Source of the DNA: Lama guanicoe
Taxonomy: Eukaryota
NCBI GenBank assembly: GCA_013239625.1
Contig: MU054117.1
Span: 2,354,011 to 2,418,010 of the forward strand
DNA: 64,000 nucleotides
Direction of reading: 5' to 3'
Positions 14,619-24,955 of the stretch are shown here, piece after piece. The notes below the pieces were generated by a model. It did no database searches and was not told the DNA's origin. It worked only from the letters and a program-made list of their open reading frames with translations. The position numbers and the translations under genes were made by a program. Within the stretch, counting starts at the first letter, position 1, and every line of letters starts with the position of its first letter.

Positions 14619-14690
14619 CTTCAGAAAAGGTTCCCTGACGCGGGATGGGTTACTCTGCCCTGAGGGTGACCTCTGCACGTTGCTGGCCAT
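14619..14690 (-). CDS. TEX52: TEX52 coding exon 1 (MASNVQRSPSGQSNPSRVREPFLK)
   Basis: 72 nt; ATG at 14690; donor AAG|GTAGGG; resembles human TEX52 N-terminus MASNRQRS...EPFLQ. Confidence 0.85.
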
Positions 14691-14763
14691 TCTTCTGGGC
14701 CTGACCACCAGGAGGGGCAGCTCTGGAGAGAAGTCCTTCTTGGCAGCATTGTTTGCCGCTGCG

Positions 14764-14777
14764 GTTGCCACGGTGAC
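14764..14777 (-). promoter_or_regulatory. RFX X-box (GTCACCGTGGCAAC) upstream of the TEX52 ATG
   Basis: Matches GTNRCC-N2-RGYAAC; 74 bp upstream of the ATG. Confidence 0.6.
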
Positions 14778-15349
14778 ACTTCCTGGGTGGTGACGCAGGG
14801 AGGAGGTCCTTATCCCTCCCTGGGAGGGCTTTTCAGCGCCTTGGGCCCAGCTGCGTCTGTCTCCAGTGAGGGAGGCAGGGGACAGGACTCGGAAGGGACT
14901 TGCCTAGGAAGGAGGGGGAGGGCAGGCTGGCTTCCGGGCCTTGGGTAGGGTTGGAGGTGGTCAGGAGGCATCTGTAACCGAGCCCATCCTTCCGAGGTTG
15001 GGGGGTGCCCCTGAGTAGGCCTTTCTCTTACTGGGGAACTCTGAAAGGCCTACGTTAGCCAGCAGGTTCAGAGATTCCCAAAAGAGGCCGGCTGTGCAGG
15101 ACCAGCACTGGGAAACTGTGGACTGCTGTGTGTGTAGCCGGGGGTGGGGTGGGGGAGTAGGTTTGGGGTTAGGGTAGGGGAGCGGACTGAAGCCCTTCGT
15201 GCCCTCTTCCAGGGCTCCGTGTGGGCATCAGGCTGTGCCTCTTCCCCGTCACCACCATCTTCATCATCACGCACTTTCCCTTCCACCCCCTCCTCACGCC
15301 GCAGGGACCGGACAGCAGCACGCCGCAGACCAGCATCTCCACCCTGGGT

Positions 15350-15355
15350 TTTATT
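15350..15355 (-). terminator. FOXM1: Probable FOXM1 polyadenylation signal AATAAA (3' UTR about 1 kb)
   Basis: TTTATT on the plus strand about 960 nt downstream of the stop codon. Confidence 0.7.
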
Positions 15356-16314
15356 GAGTAGCGGGTGGCGGTAGTGTTCTGGAGCTGCTTGCCTGACACA
15401 CGGTCAGCTGGGGCCCGGCCTGGCTCTGCGCAGAGCTGAGTTGTGAAAGCTAAGGCAGGCAGGCGGGCTGCCCTCCCGCCTCTTGGAGCCCCGGGCCAAG
15501 TTCTGTACGTCTCTCTGGCATGATTAGGGCCCAGATCCGAGAAATGGCTCTCGGACACGCCAGGGCACCCACTCTGCTCCACTGTCCTCCATTCCCCCCA
15601 CCCCCATTTTGCTCTTAAACCATCTCGAGGGACATGTTTTACCGGGAATTCTTCCTGCAGGAGAGCTGAATTGGAAACCCGGGGTGGCGGGAGGGAGGGG
15701 TGGTAGGAGGTACCCTGGTGAGCAGAGCCACTCACTCTGGGCGCCTACGGTGAGGAACCCGTGGGGGAGGTACCTGGGCCTTGAAGAAACCGTGCACCCC
15801 AGGCCCTCCCTCCCCCAGGAACCACAAGCAAGGAAGAGAAGCAAAGAGACCCTCGTCATCCTAGCCACCTCCTGGCAGTCTCTGGATAACAATCTAAGGA
15901 GACAGGCGGACGTTTATAATTAGAGGATAATTCGGAACATATACACTATTTACAAGGGCGGCCCTGCACGGAGCAGGGAAGGTGGGAGGCTGCCGGGCAC
16001 AGGTGCAAAGTCTAGGGGGCTCCTCCTCTCTCTTCACCCTTGTTTTTGCTGTTCTCAGCCTCAGCTCCGAACAGGGAGTGAGGAGTCGGATTCTCTCTGG
16101 GTCTGCGGGTGGCGCAGAGACCGGTTACCGGGACCTTGCTGCTGGCAGAAGGCCCAGTGGCGATTCCAGCGTGACATCTGCCTTGGCATCGCTGGGTAAG
16201 GTGGGGCTGGAGGGGCGGCCGCTCCCTGCTTGCTGTCCTCACTAGAAGCTAGAGGGGCCAGCCACATATGCGCCGGGAGCGGACAGCTGGAGCGGCGAGA
16301 GGTAGGCCCTGTCT

Positions 16315-17319
16315 CTACCGCAGCTCGGGGATGAACTGAGCCCAGCTGATGCCGTCGGGGCCCAGCGGGTCCTCGTCCAGGCCGGGGAAGCTGATGTCCA
16401 GCAGGATCTTGCTGAGGCTGTCATTCATCGTGTCCAGCACCAGGCCTTCTGTCAGAGACCGGTTGGCAGAGAGGCTGGCGACCTGCGGCTCGGTGGAGCC
16501 GAGCTTGGGGACTTCCATCTCTGAGGGGGAACAGCTGCTGAAGGGGTCAGAGGTAAGGTCAAAGGGCTCAGAATTGAGGAGCTCTTGGGGCGAGTCAAAG
16601 AGGGGGACGCTTTTCAGCGGGGTGGTGGTAAGATCTGTTAGCTCCAGGGAGTCAGGCAGGGGGCCAAAGGCACCCTGGGGGGTTCGAACTGGGCTGAAAT
16701 CGAGCCCCCCCACTTTGGCTGGGGGTGTGAGCGCCCAGGACTCAGGGGTCATGGGGAGGACAGATTTGCTCGGGGTGGAGGAGATGGGCAGCGTCTCCTT
16801 AATGGGTGTCTTAAAAGGTCCTCTCTCCTCCTGGGAGCAGCCAAGCTGGGGGCCAGGCTGCGAGGCCTCCAGGGGGGCAGCGAGGTCCGCAGCTTGTCGG
16901 GAAGCCCCAGGGCCCTCGGAGAAGAGCAGCTCCGGCTCGTCCAGACAGGGCGGCCGCAAGTGCTGTTTCCTTCGAGACCGGCTCATCTCCCGCCTCTCCC
17001 GCCGTTTAATCACGAGCATGTCGGAGACGCAGCGGGCTGGCGACCGGAGCCCACTGTAGGGCTTCTTGGGCCTGGGGGTGGGGGAGTGGGGCGATTCCTC
17101 CTTGACAGACGGGCAAGGCGAGGGCCACTCTTCCAAGGGTGGGCTCTCGACTTTGATGGGCCTCCCTAAGTGTGGTGCTTCCTCCCCAGGCTGGATTTCT
17201 TCCTCCTTGATGGGCTGGACCGGAAGCAGAGGAGACAGCCCCTCTCTGAGCGGGAGTTTCTCCTCTTTCACTGGTCCTGCAGCGGGCAGGGGGGCCGCCC
17301 CGTCGTCCGCCCCCAGCAC
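16315..17319 (-). CDS. FOXM1: FOXM1 last coding exon (C-terminal transactivation domain); total CDS 2271 nt = 756 aa
   Basis: Acceptor ctttcag|GTG; PFKTPIKETLPISSTPSK, LDFSPVRTPQ, LVLDTMNDSLSKILLDISFPGLDEDPLG; TAG at 16317-16315. Confidence 0.97.
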   Translation of the reverse strand: MLGADDGAAPLPAAGPVKEEKLPLREGLSPLLPVQPIKEEEIQPGEEAPHLGRPIKVESPPLEEWPSPCPSVKEESPHSPTPRPKKPYSGLRSPARCVSDMLVIKRRERREMSRSRRKQHLRPPCLDEPELLFSEGPGASRQAADLAAPLEASQPGPQLGCSQEERGPFKTPIKETLPISSTPSKSVLPMTPESWALTPPAKVGGLDFSPVRTPQGAFGPLPDSLELTDLTTTPLKSVPLFDSPQELLNSEPFDLTSDPFSSCSPSEMEVPKLGSTEPQVASLSANRSLTEGLVLDTMNDSLSKILLDISFPGLDEDPLGPDGISWAQFIPELR

Positions 17320-18448
17320 CTGAAAGGGGGGCAGGAGGAGGTGAAGGCGGGGCGCCGAGATTCAGTCAGACCACCGCTAAAATGAGTGACCTGTTGGTGC
17401 TGATCCCCTTTTGTCTTTTTAAAAAGTCTCAAAAACAATTAAATATGAGACTATATGATGAAGGTGGTAGTTCAATTCCAGGAGTAAAAGACAGCATTTA
17501 ACAGGGTGCTGGCATGGTTAGTATCCACCTGAGGGAAAACGAAGCGGGAGGCCTGTTCCGTACCGTATACAAAGATCATAGCAGAGAACCCAAAACCACA
17601 CGAATCCTGAAAGGGAACCTAGGAGACTGCGTGTACAGTCTGAGGGTGGGGGCTGACCTGCTTTACCAAGACTGGAAACCCAGAAGCTGCAGAAGAGAAG
17701 AGACAGACACATATCTGACCACATAAAAATTTAAACTCTCCCTGTGGCAAGGGATACCATAAACATTGTTAAGAAACAAACAATAGAAATGAAAAGTATC
17801 TTCAGCCTAAAAGACAGGTTAATATTTGAATAACAAAGGACTCTCACAGATGAACAGAAGCCTGCAAAAGAGAGGCCACGCCCACAAACCAGCATCTCAC
17901 GGTGAGCAAGTCCAAGGACCAGACTCCGTGGGAAGGCACTCACCTGCCAACAAGCAAAGAAAGTCAAAGGAAACAAGGAGACACCCCTCATACCATAGGG
18001 GGGGAAATATTTAAAAGGCTGCTGATATCAACTGCTGGCAGACGTAGGTCTTGCTGGTGGGTATGTGAATTATCACAGACTTTTTTGGGAACCCATCTTG
18101 CAATATTTAATAAAATTTAAAATGCCTGTCCACTCAGCAATCTCATGTCTGGTTTTCTGTCCTATAGAAGTAAAAGTGCGAGGAAGAAAAATACATGCAA
18201 AGACATTTATTGCAGTTTTGGTCACAGGGCATAAAAACTAGAAGCAAAATGTGCCCATAGAAGCAAAACGATTAGAAAATTTTTGGCAGAGCCACACCAT
18301 GGAATCTCACATGGCCATTAAAAAACAACGAATCTAGAGCAATGCCAAGGTGACTTAGAAGAATTCCCACGGGACAGTGAGTGTGTGTAACATGTTCCCA
18401 TTTTCAACATTCTGTGTGATGTGTGTGTACGCATAAAACTGCTGTGGG

Positions 18449-18600
18449 CAGGGAGGGTGCAGCTCAGTGGTAGAGCGTGTGCTTGGCATGTATGAGGTCC
18501 TGGGTTCCATCCCCAGTCCCTCCATCAAATAAATAAGTAAATAAGTAAATAAACCTGAATACCTCCCTGCAAAGGAACAAAAGACTTAAAAACCTTTTTT
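18449..18600 (+). mobile_element. Vic-1-like SINE inside older L1-like sequence of the last FOXM1 intron
   Basis: gggagggtgcagctcagtggtagagcgtgtgcttggcatgtatgaggtcctgggttccatcccc; A and B boxes; degenerate TSD gctgtggg. Confidence 0.85.
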
Positions 18601-19583
18601 TAAAAATGGCTGTGGGGATTTGTGTGTGCAGCTTACACTAAAAGCATGGGCAAATCCTGGAAAAAAGTATGCTAAGGTGTCGACGTGGGTTGTCACAGGG
18701 AGCAGAGGTGATGTGGGGGGAGGGGAGGGGAGGGGATCCAAAGAGAAGAAAAGGGGAAAAAAAGGTTGCATTGAAGCAGAAACAGTTTACATGATACCAT
18801 CACATTAATGCATCTATGTGAAATCACATATAGTGGTATGTACACCTTTATGTATCTTAAAACTTTTTTTTTAACAAAAATTTAAAAAAGAAAAGCAAAG
18901 CCAAGTCTCTCTGGATTCCAGAGCCCTTGCTTCCATCTCCGCGAAGGGGGCAGAGGGGCCCTTCCTCTGCTTGTCACAGGTCGGCTCTTGCTCACAAATC
19001 CTCCTCTACATCACGATATGGTCTGAACTTACCCTCCTCTTCTTCCTCTGCCAGCTGGACCACTGATGCTCAACTGGGAGCAACTCCCTCCAGGAGGGGG
19101 CGCCCCTGGCATCTAGCAAGGAGGGACCAGGGTGCTGCTAAATGTCAATTCAGGGCCCAGGAGAGCCTCCCTCCACCCCCAGGAAAGAATCATCCAGACC
19201 CAAACGGCAGCTGGACCGAGGTGAAGACACCCTGAGCTAGACAGATCCACACCTCACATGCCCTTAGGTGCTCTCTCCACACCTGTCTGCTCACCCAGAT
19301 CTACTTCTTTCTAGAGCCTGCTTCCCTTGTGAGGGCTTCCTGAACCAGCCCAGCCCATCTGCCATAAGCACCCCATCTGAATTCCTAGACTCACCAGGCA
19401 CTTGTAAGCCTCCCAACACCGCGAACGTCGGATAACGAGGGCCCTTTCATCTCTCATCATGCCACGGAGTTCTATGTATTTACACCACGTTTTCCCAGCT
19501 AGATTTACAGGCTTCTCAAGGGACACTCAGCAGAACTGTTAATGGACTGGAGCCTCTCCTCGGAGGAAACCAGAAGCACTGAC

Positions 19584-19759
19584 CTTGGGCGCGATGCGGA
19601 CTCGCTTGCCATGCCGGGCGAGCTCCGAGCTCATGAGGGAGGCTGCCAGGGGCAACGGCACCTTGACCGAGGGCTGCAGCACGAGGGACTGGTTCACCGG
19701 GAACTGGATGGGCACCAGGTATGAGCTGACCCGTGGCAGCAGCGGCTTCATCCTCCGCC
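19584..19759 (-). CDS. FOXM1: FOXM1 exon RRRMKPLLPRVSSYLVPIQFPVNQSLVLQ...RVRIAPK
   Basis: 176 nt; acceptor ctcccag|GG, donor AAG|GTCAGT. Confidence 0.95.
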
Positions 19760-19910
19760 CTGGGAGGAAGCGGGAGGGGTCAGGAGCCAGGGTCTGAACA
19801 CGAGCCCCTTCTCATACCCAGGATCTTCAGGCTTGGATCCTCGAGTTCCCACTCCCCAAAGGTATGTCCCCAGGACAGGGCCTGCCTGGGGCCCGCTCCC
19901 CCATACTAAC

Positions 19911-19980
19911 GTGCGCCCAGTGGGAGTTCAGTTTTGATGGTCACGTTCCGGCGGAGCTCAGGGTTGGGTCGTTTCTGCTG
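19911..19980 (-). CDS. FOXM1: FOXM1 exon QQKRPNPELRRNVTIKTELPLGA
   Basis: 70 nt; donor C|GTTAGT; tandem acceptor AAGCAG|CAGCAG. Confidence 0.92.
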
Positions 19981-20558
19981 CTGCTTGTGGCAGGGACGGA
20001 GAGAAAGAGGCCGGGGTTAGGAAGGCAGGGGAGAAGGCAGGAGACCCACCAGCTGCTCCGGGACCCTGCACGGAGCTGAGCGACCGCCTGCTGGTGGGAA
20101 GGGGGTGGTACAGACACACTGAGGGAGGCAGGGGTCCTACCACCTCATCCAGGTGTCCTCACGCCCGGGATGCAAAGCATGGAGCACTAGGAGGCGCAAA
20201 GAAAAGCCAGGTAGAGAAGTGAGAGAAGGAACTGCCGCCTGCCAGGCCCAGGCCATGTGCTGTGGCTGCTGCCTCGCATGAAGCCTGTGGCCTTTCCCCT
20301 GCCACACCCACTCTGCTCGGGCACTGAGCCTGTGGGAGGGGGAGGAGCAGCAGGTGTGAGCCCCCATTCGGGGGAGAGGAGGTGGCCGGCACCAGGGTTC
20401 TCACTCCCGGAAGCCCAGGGTGCCCTGCATCGGGGGCCGGCAGGCACACAGCCACAGGCTCCCTTCCCCTGCTTAACGCCTTGCCCCGTTCACCGAAGCC
20501 ATGCTGAGCGTGGGAGGGAAACCAGGCCGAGCCCCGAGCCGGAGGGGAAGAACCTTAC

Positions 20559-20603
20559 TGATTCCGAGTGCCCGGGAGACTGTGGAGACCCTGGGTCCAG
20601 TGG
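20559..20603 (-). CDS. FOXM1: FOXM1 alternative exon A1/Va (FOXM1c-type), PLDPGSPQSPGHSES
   Basis: 45 nt frame-preserving; acceptor caccag|CCA, donor TCA|GTAAGG; matches human PLDPGSPQLPEHLES. Confidence 0.9.
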
Positions 20604-20845
20604 CTGGTGGAGGTCAGGCAACGCGGGAGAGAAACAAGACGAAGTTACCGCCGGCGCAGCCAGTCTGAGCAGGCCAGGCAAAAGCCTGCTCCTGACTGAT
20701 GCTGAGGGCTGCCCTGGACGGTGGGCCCCCCAGGACAGCGGGCACAGTTAGCAGCAGCCTTAGGGGCACTCTGAGATCCTAAAGCAGTTGCTTCGGAAAA
20801 GATATTCTGGTGGCTCCGTTTCTGCTCTCCAGCCTAAAGGAGGGC

Positions 20846-20980
20846 TATTTATTTATTTATTTATGTAATGTATTTTTAAATTATTATTATCATTTTTTGT
20901 TAATAGAGGTACTGAGGATTGAACCCAGGACCTTGTGCATGCTAAGCATGTGCTCTACCTCTGAGCTACACCCTCCCCCC
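20846..20980 (-). mobile_element. Vic-1-like SINE
   Basis: gaggtactgaggattgaacccaggaccttgtgcatgctaagcatgtgctctacctctgagctacaccctcccc. Confidence 0.85.
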
Positions 20981-21029
20981 TCAAGAAGGGCTTTTTAAAA
21001 ACAAGGTTTTCCAGACTTTTTCTGTAAGG

Positions 21030-21180
21030 ATCGCTTGAGATGTCTGCTACAAATACATATTCCCAGGCGCATCCCAGACCTACTGAGTCAGAAGCCCCAT
21101 GGGAGGGGCCTGGGAAGCTGTATTTTAACAAGCATTCCAAGCAATTCTTGTCACAGGGCAGTTAGGGCAGCACTGCCCCA
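21030..21180. mobile_element. MER5-like DNA transposon remnant
   Basis: cccagacctactgagtcagaagcc...ggggcctgggaagctgtattttaacaagc. Confidence 0.6.
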
Positions 21181-21368
21181 GGAAGGCCTTTGTCTGGATC
21201 AGAGAGCCTTCTCCACGGCCTGGCCTAGCACAGCGGCTTGTCGTCCCTGTGGGCTGGCCGGCCCCCAGCTGAGCAGATAAGACCATCCCAAGGAGGACTT
21301 GTTTCCTTCTGAGACGGAAATCACGACCCCCACCGCCGGCCCTATTCGGACAAGACCAGGATGCTCAC

Positions 21369-21497
21369 CTTAAACACCTGGTCCAGCGTCAAGTAGCGAT
21401 TGGCACTGGGGTGAATGGTCCAGAAGGAGACCTTGCCATTGGCAGACGTCTCACGGACAAACATGTCGTGAAGAGAGAGGTTGTGGCGAATGGAATT
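21369..21497 (-). CDS. FOXM1: FOXM1 exon 5, forkhead domain C-half
   Basis: 129 nt; NSIRHNLSLHDMFVRETSANGKVSFWTIHPSANRYLTLDQVFK; canonical splice sites. Confidence 0.97.
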
Positions 21498-22390
21498 CTG
21501 AAAGGGGAGGAGGACACCATGGATCAGCTACTTTGGCTTTGGAAACATCACTTTTGATGCCCCCCCACAAGGAATTCAGCCCCAGGCTCTGTGTCCTTGG
21601 AACCCTGCCTATTGGCAGCTCTCTTCTAGACGCTGCACCTGGCAAAGCCATAAACCTGAGCCATAAACCCCTCCATCCCAGGAGAAAGAGACCAGCCAGT
21701 CCTGAGAGCGGACATGGGCTGGGAAAGGGGACTGAAGCTGTGAGCAATAATCAGAAGCAAGAGAGGTGAGTGAAGAAGGGAAGAAGCTAGGGAATTTGGT
21801 TGAGGTGAGAGTATGAAGTTCAGTTCTGCTGTGGGGGAAACAATACAAAAACCCCCTTGGCCCGGGATTAAGGGTCTGTCGAGAGACCTAAACTGCAGCT
21901 CTGAGCCTCGCATGAGCTACGGCTCCCAGACATCCCAGTGTTCCTGTGACTATGAGGAATAGAAGCTCCCTGCCTTCTGGAGAAGAGATAAGACTTTACA
22001 GGAGGTGAGTCTTGGGTCATGAGGCTCACAGGTTTTTTTTCTTTTTTTCCCCCCTTTTTTCATTAATATCTTTTCACAAAGCTCCTTAATCACTCCAGCT
22101 GCTGTTCAGTGTAGCACAAAAGTGGGCTTGGTGATGCACTGGAGTTTCCATTAACCCGAGGCAGCTAATGGAGACAGAGGAATGACTGCAGAGCTCTGAT
22201 TGATGATTTTGCCTGAATCCAGCAGGATTGAGTCACAATCCACAAGACACAACTGTTTACAGTTCTAGCATCCTTTGCATTTAACTGTTCCTTCCCCACC
22301 AGACACAGACTGAGGAGGCACTTCTGTGCAGACAAGCTGTCTACACAGGGCCACAGCAACCTCGACTGCGGTTGTTAAGGGACACAGTAC

Positions 22391-22582
22391 CTTCCAGCCT
22401 GGCTTGGCTATGTGCTTAAAATAGGGGAAGTGGTCCTCAATCCAAGTATAGATGTCTTTCAAGGTCATGCGCTTCCTCTCCGTGCTGTTGATGGCGAATT
22501 GGATCATGGCCATGTAAGAGTATGGTGGCCGCTCAGACACAGAGTCCTGCCAGGACGTCGATGCTCCCGGGGGCCCCTCCAC
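22391..22582 (-). CDS. FOXM1: FOXM1 exon 4, forkhead domain N-half
   Basis: 192 nt; SERPPYSYMAMIQFAINSTERKRMTLKDIYTWIEDHFPYFKHIAKPGWK; donor AAG|GTACTG. Confidence 0.97.
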
Positions 22583-23728
22583 CTGAGGGTTCTGAGAAGC
22601 CAAAGGGAAGGAGAAAAGGCAATGACTGGGCAGAGTTCACATGACCTCCCCGGCTCCCCACCCCAACCCCTGGAGAGAGATTTCATCCCGTAAAAAGTTA
22701 CTGGAAACCAACTCATCTGAGACCACTATTACACAGAATAAAACTTTAGGATTAGGAAGGGTCTCAGAGATGATGTGCTCTAACCCCCAGACAGCGTAGA
22801 ACCACTGCTGTCATTGGTCATTTTGTTGATGATGTTGCCTGATGGTAAGTCTGGCCTCTGTTAGCTGAAACTCCTAGGAAAGTTTGGGATATATTATGAC
22901 TCTTAAAGCATCCATTTTATGCTAAAACTATACCCATTCTTCAGATCTGGGAGTTGAGGGACCTAGGTCTTAGTCCAGTTCCTACTCCTATTCACATCCT
23001 GATGTGATGTGAATAAACCCATCTCCTTTCAATGTCTGTGCAAGAGAAATATTCCCAAGAGTATGGGACAGATAAATGTCCACAAAGCACACATCTGGCT
23101 GAGTCTCAGGCAAAGATCTGATCATTCACATTTTAAGAAATTGAACTATAACTTTATAAAGTACACGTTTTAAGTGAACAGCTCAGTTTTTACTTATGTA
23201 TACTTCCATGTAACTTTTCACTTTTAATGACGGAATAAAGGGTGCACCCAGAAGGATCCAGGTATGGCAGCCATGAAAAACCACCCCAGGCCACACAACT
23301 GGGTCAGATCAATTTTGATTGCTGAAGTATTTAAAATTCACACCTAACTCATTTTATTTGGCACTAACGTATCTTCTAATAAAACAATCTCACTAAAAAC
23401 GCTGCGTTCCTTTAATACTGTTGGGGTGCCTCTTTAAAATTCAATGGCTTTCCAAACTAAGACATCTTCCTGAAGACCTACTAAGTATCTGCTGCTAAAG
23501 CACTGAAGCCAGTGCTGAGGGCATACTGAGTGAGCCAGAGGAATCTGCCCTCAAGGAGATTTCACAGATGGGGGGAAAGAGATCCCAAGCAGAAAGAGAG
23601 CTCTAAATTAAGTGAATTGCTAATACCAGGACTTAGAAATTCTGCTCCGCAGGCCACTTCATCTATCCCCTTCTTAGAAATTCCCTGCCCTGGCTCTGAC
23701 TGCCCTAGCAAGTGACGGAACCATTCAC

Positions 23729-23880
23729 CTTGGCCTGACTCTGCTCCAGGTGACGGTTCTCCTTTTCCTCCATCTCTTGCTTGATGCTGCAGGAGCCCAG
23801 CCCATCAGAAGTCATCTTCCCAAGCCACTGGATGTTGGTCAAGCTGTTGTCTAGAGTGCAGCCTGCTGCCTCACCGCCAG
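23729..23880 (-). CDS. FOXM1: FOXM1 exon 3 (includes KEN box)
   Basis: 152 nt; NSLTNIQWLGKM...IKQEMEEKEN; acceptor ctgcag, donor AAG|GTGAAT. Confidence 0.95.
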
Positions 23881-24453
23881 CTGCAGGGAAAGAACCCAAG
23901 ATGCCAGTTAGCCACCTGATCCATGCCCAGCAGGCCCAGCAAAATTGGTGGTTAGGGACCATCTCTCCAGACCTCTGCCTTAGGGACATGGGCCCTCAGG
24001 TACTGTCCCCATTAGGATTTCATGGGAGAAACTGAGGAGCACAATTCAAGTTGTATTTCAGTCTGAGCCACACTGAGCCTTAGAGAAGGGTCAAGGCAAC
24101 CTTACAAAAGCATCATTGAGCATCTGCACAGAGAAAGTCATTTTTCCTCTTCATGCTTTCTCCTTTATTCAGATGGAGAAAGATTCCTACTTCCTTATAT
24201 GGTCAATGCAAACGATAAAGAGAAACAATAAAAAAATCCTTTCCCAGTATAAAGAAGGCAATTGGAATGCTAAATTAGATTGCAGCTCTTTCGACAGTGC
24301 CCAGAGGGTCAGGTTTCAGGATGGAGACAGACAAGACTATCCCCCGGTTCAGGCAGATGCCTGTCTGTCCTAAGTGTCAGCATGGCTGACTGCAGTCCCG
24401 GCCACAGAGGGGGAAGCCTGGCTCCTCACCCCTTTGCTTTGCAGAGCACATAC

Positions 24454-24955
24454 CACAGCTTTCCCATCTCCGCCCAGGAAGGGCTCCAGGTGGCCTCGGA
24501 AGATCCACATCCGGAACTGCAGACTTTGGCCCCAGGGTCTCGGTGATCACTTCTGTCCTCTTGGGCGCGTTGCTGGTTTGGGCTTGAGGCTGGGGCCCTG
24601 GAGGGTGGGTGGGGGCTCCCCCACAGCTGATGAGGATGAATTTGTTGGGCCCACTGCTGCCACTCTCCTTTCCCTTGGCCGTCAGTGCTGTGATGATGTT
24701 CTGGATGTTGGCATTGTTGGGGACGGCCACCACTTGGGTGTTGGGCATGGTGGGATGGTTAATAATCTTGATCCCAGCTGGAAACTTGCAAGGGTTGGAC
24801 TCTGCCACCTCCTCGGAGGCCTGTGCTCGACCAGGCTCCTGTTGGGCAGGGGGCCTCTTAGGCTCCTCTTCTGATGTTTCAGCCGGGGCATTTTGGACAG
24901 GAAGGGGCAGCCTCCGTCTTTTGAGAATCAGTGGCCGACGGGGGCTGGTTTTCAT
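24454..24955 (-). CDS. FOXM1: FOXM1 first coding exon (exon 2; exon begins at 25002 with 47 nt of 5' UTR); N-terminal repressor domain
   Basis: MKTSPRRPLILKRRRLPLPVQNAP...GIKIINHPTMPNTQVVA...SGPNKFILISCGG; 502 nt; donor G|GTATGT. Confidence 0.97.

Noticed and set aside
16349..17059. 236-aa plus-strand ORF antisense to the last FOXM1 exon
   Set aside because: Antisense shadow of a GC-rich coding exon; no recognisable motif or independent promoter/splice support
18451..18525. tRNA-like sequence with A and B boxes
   Set aside because: Head of a tRNA-derived SINE with an AT-rich tail, not a tRNA gene
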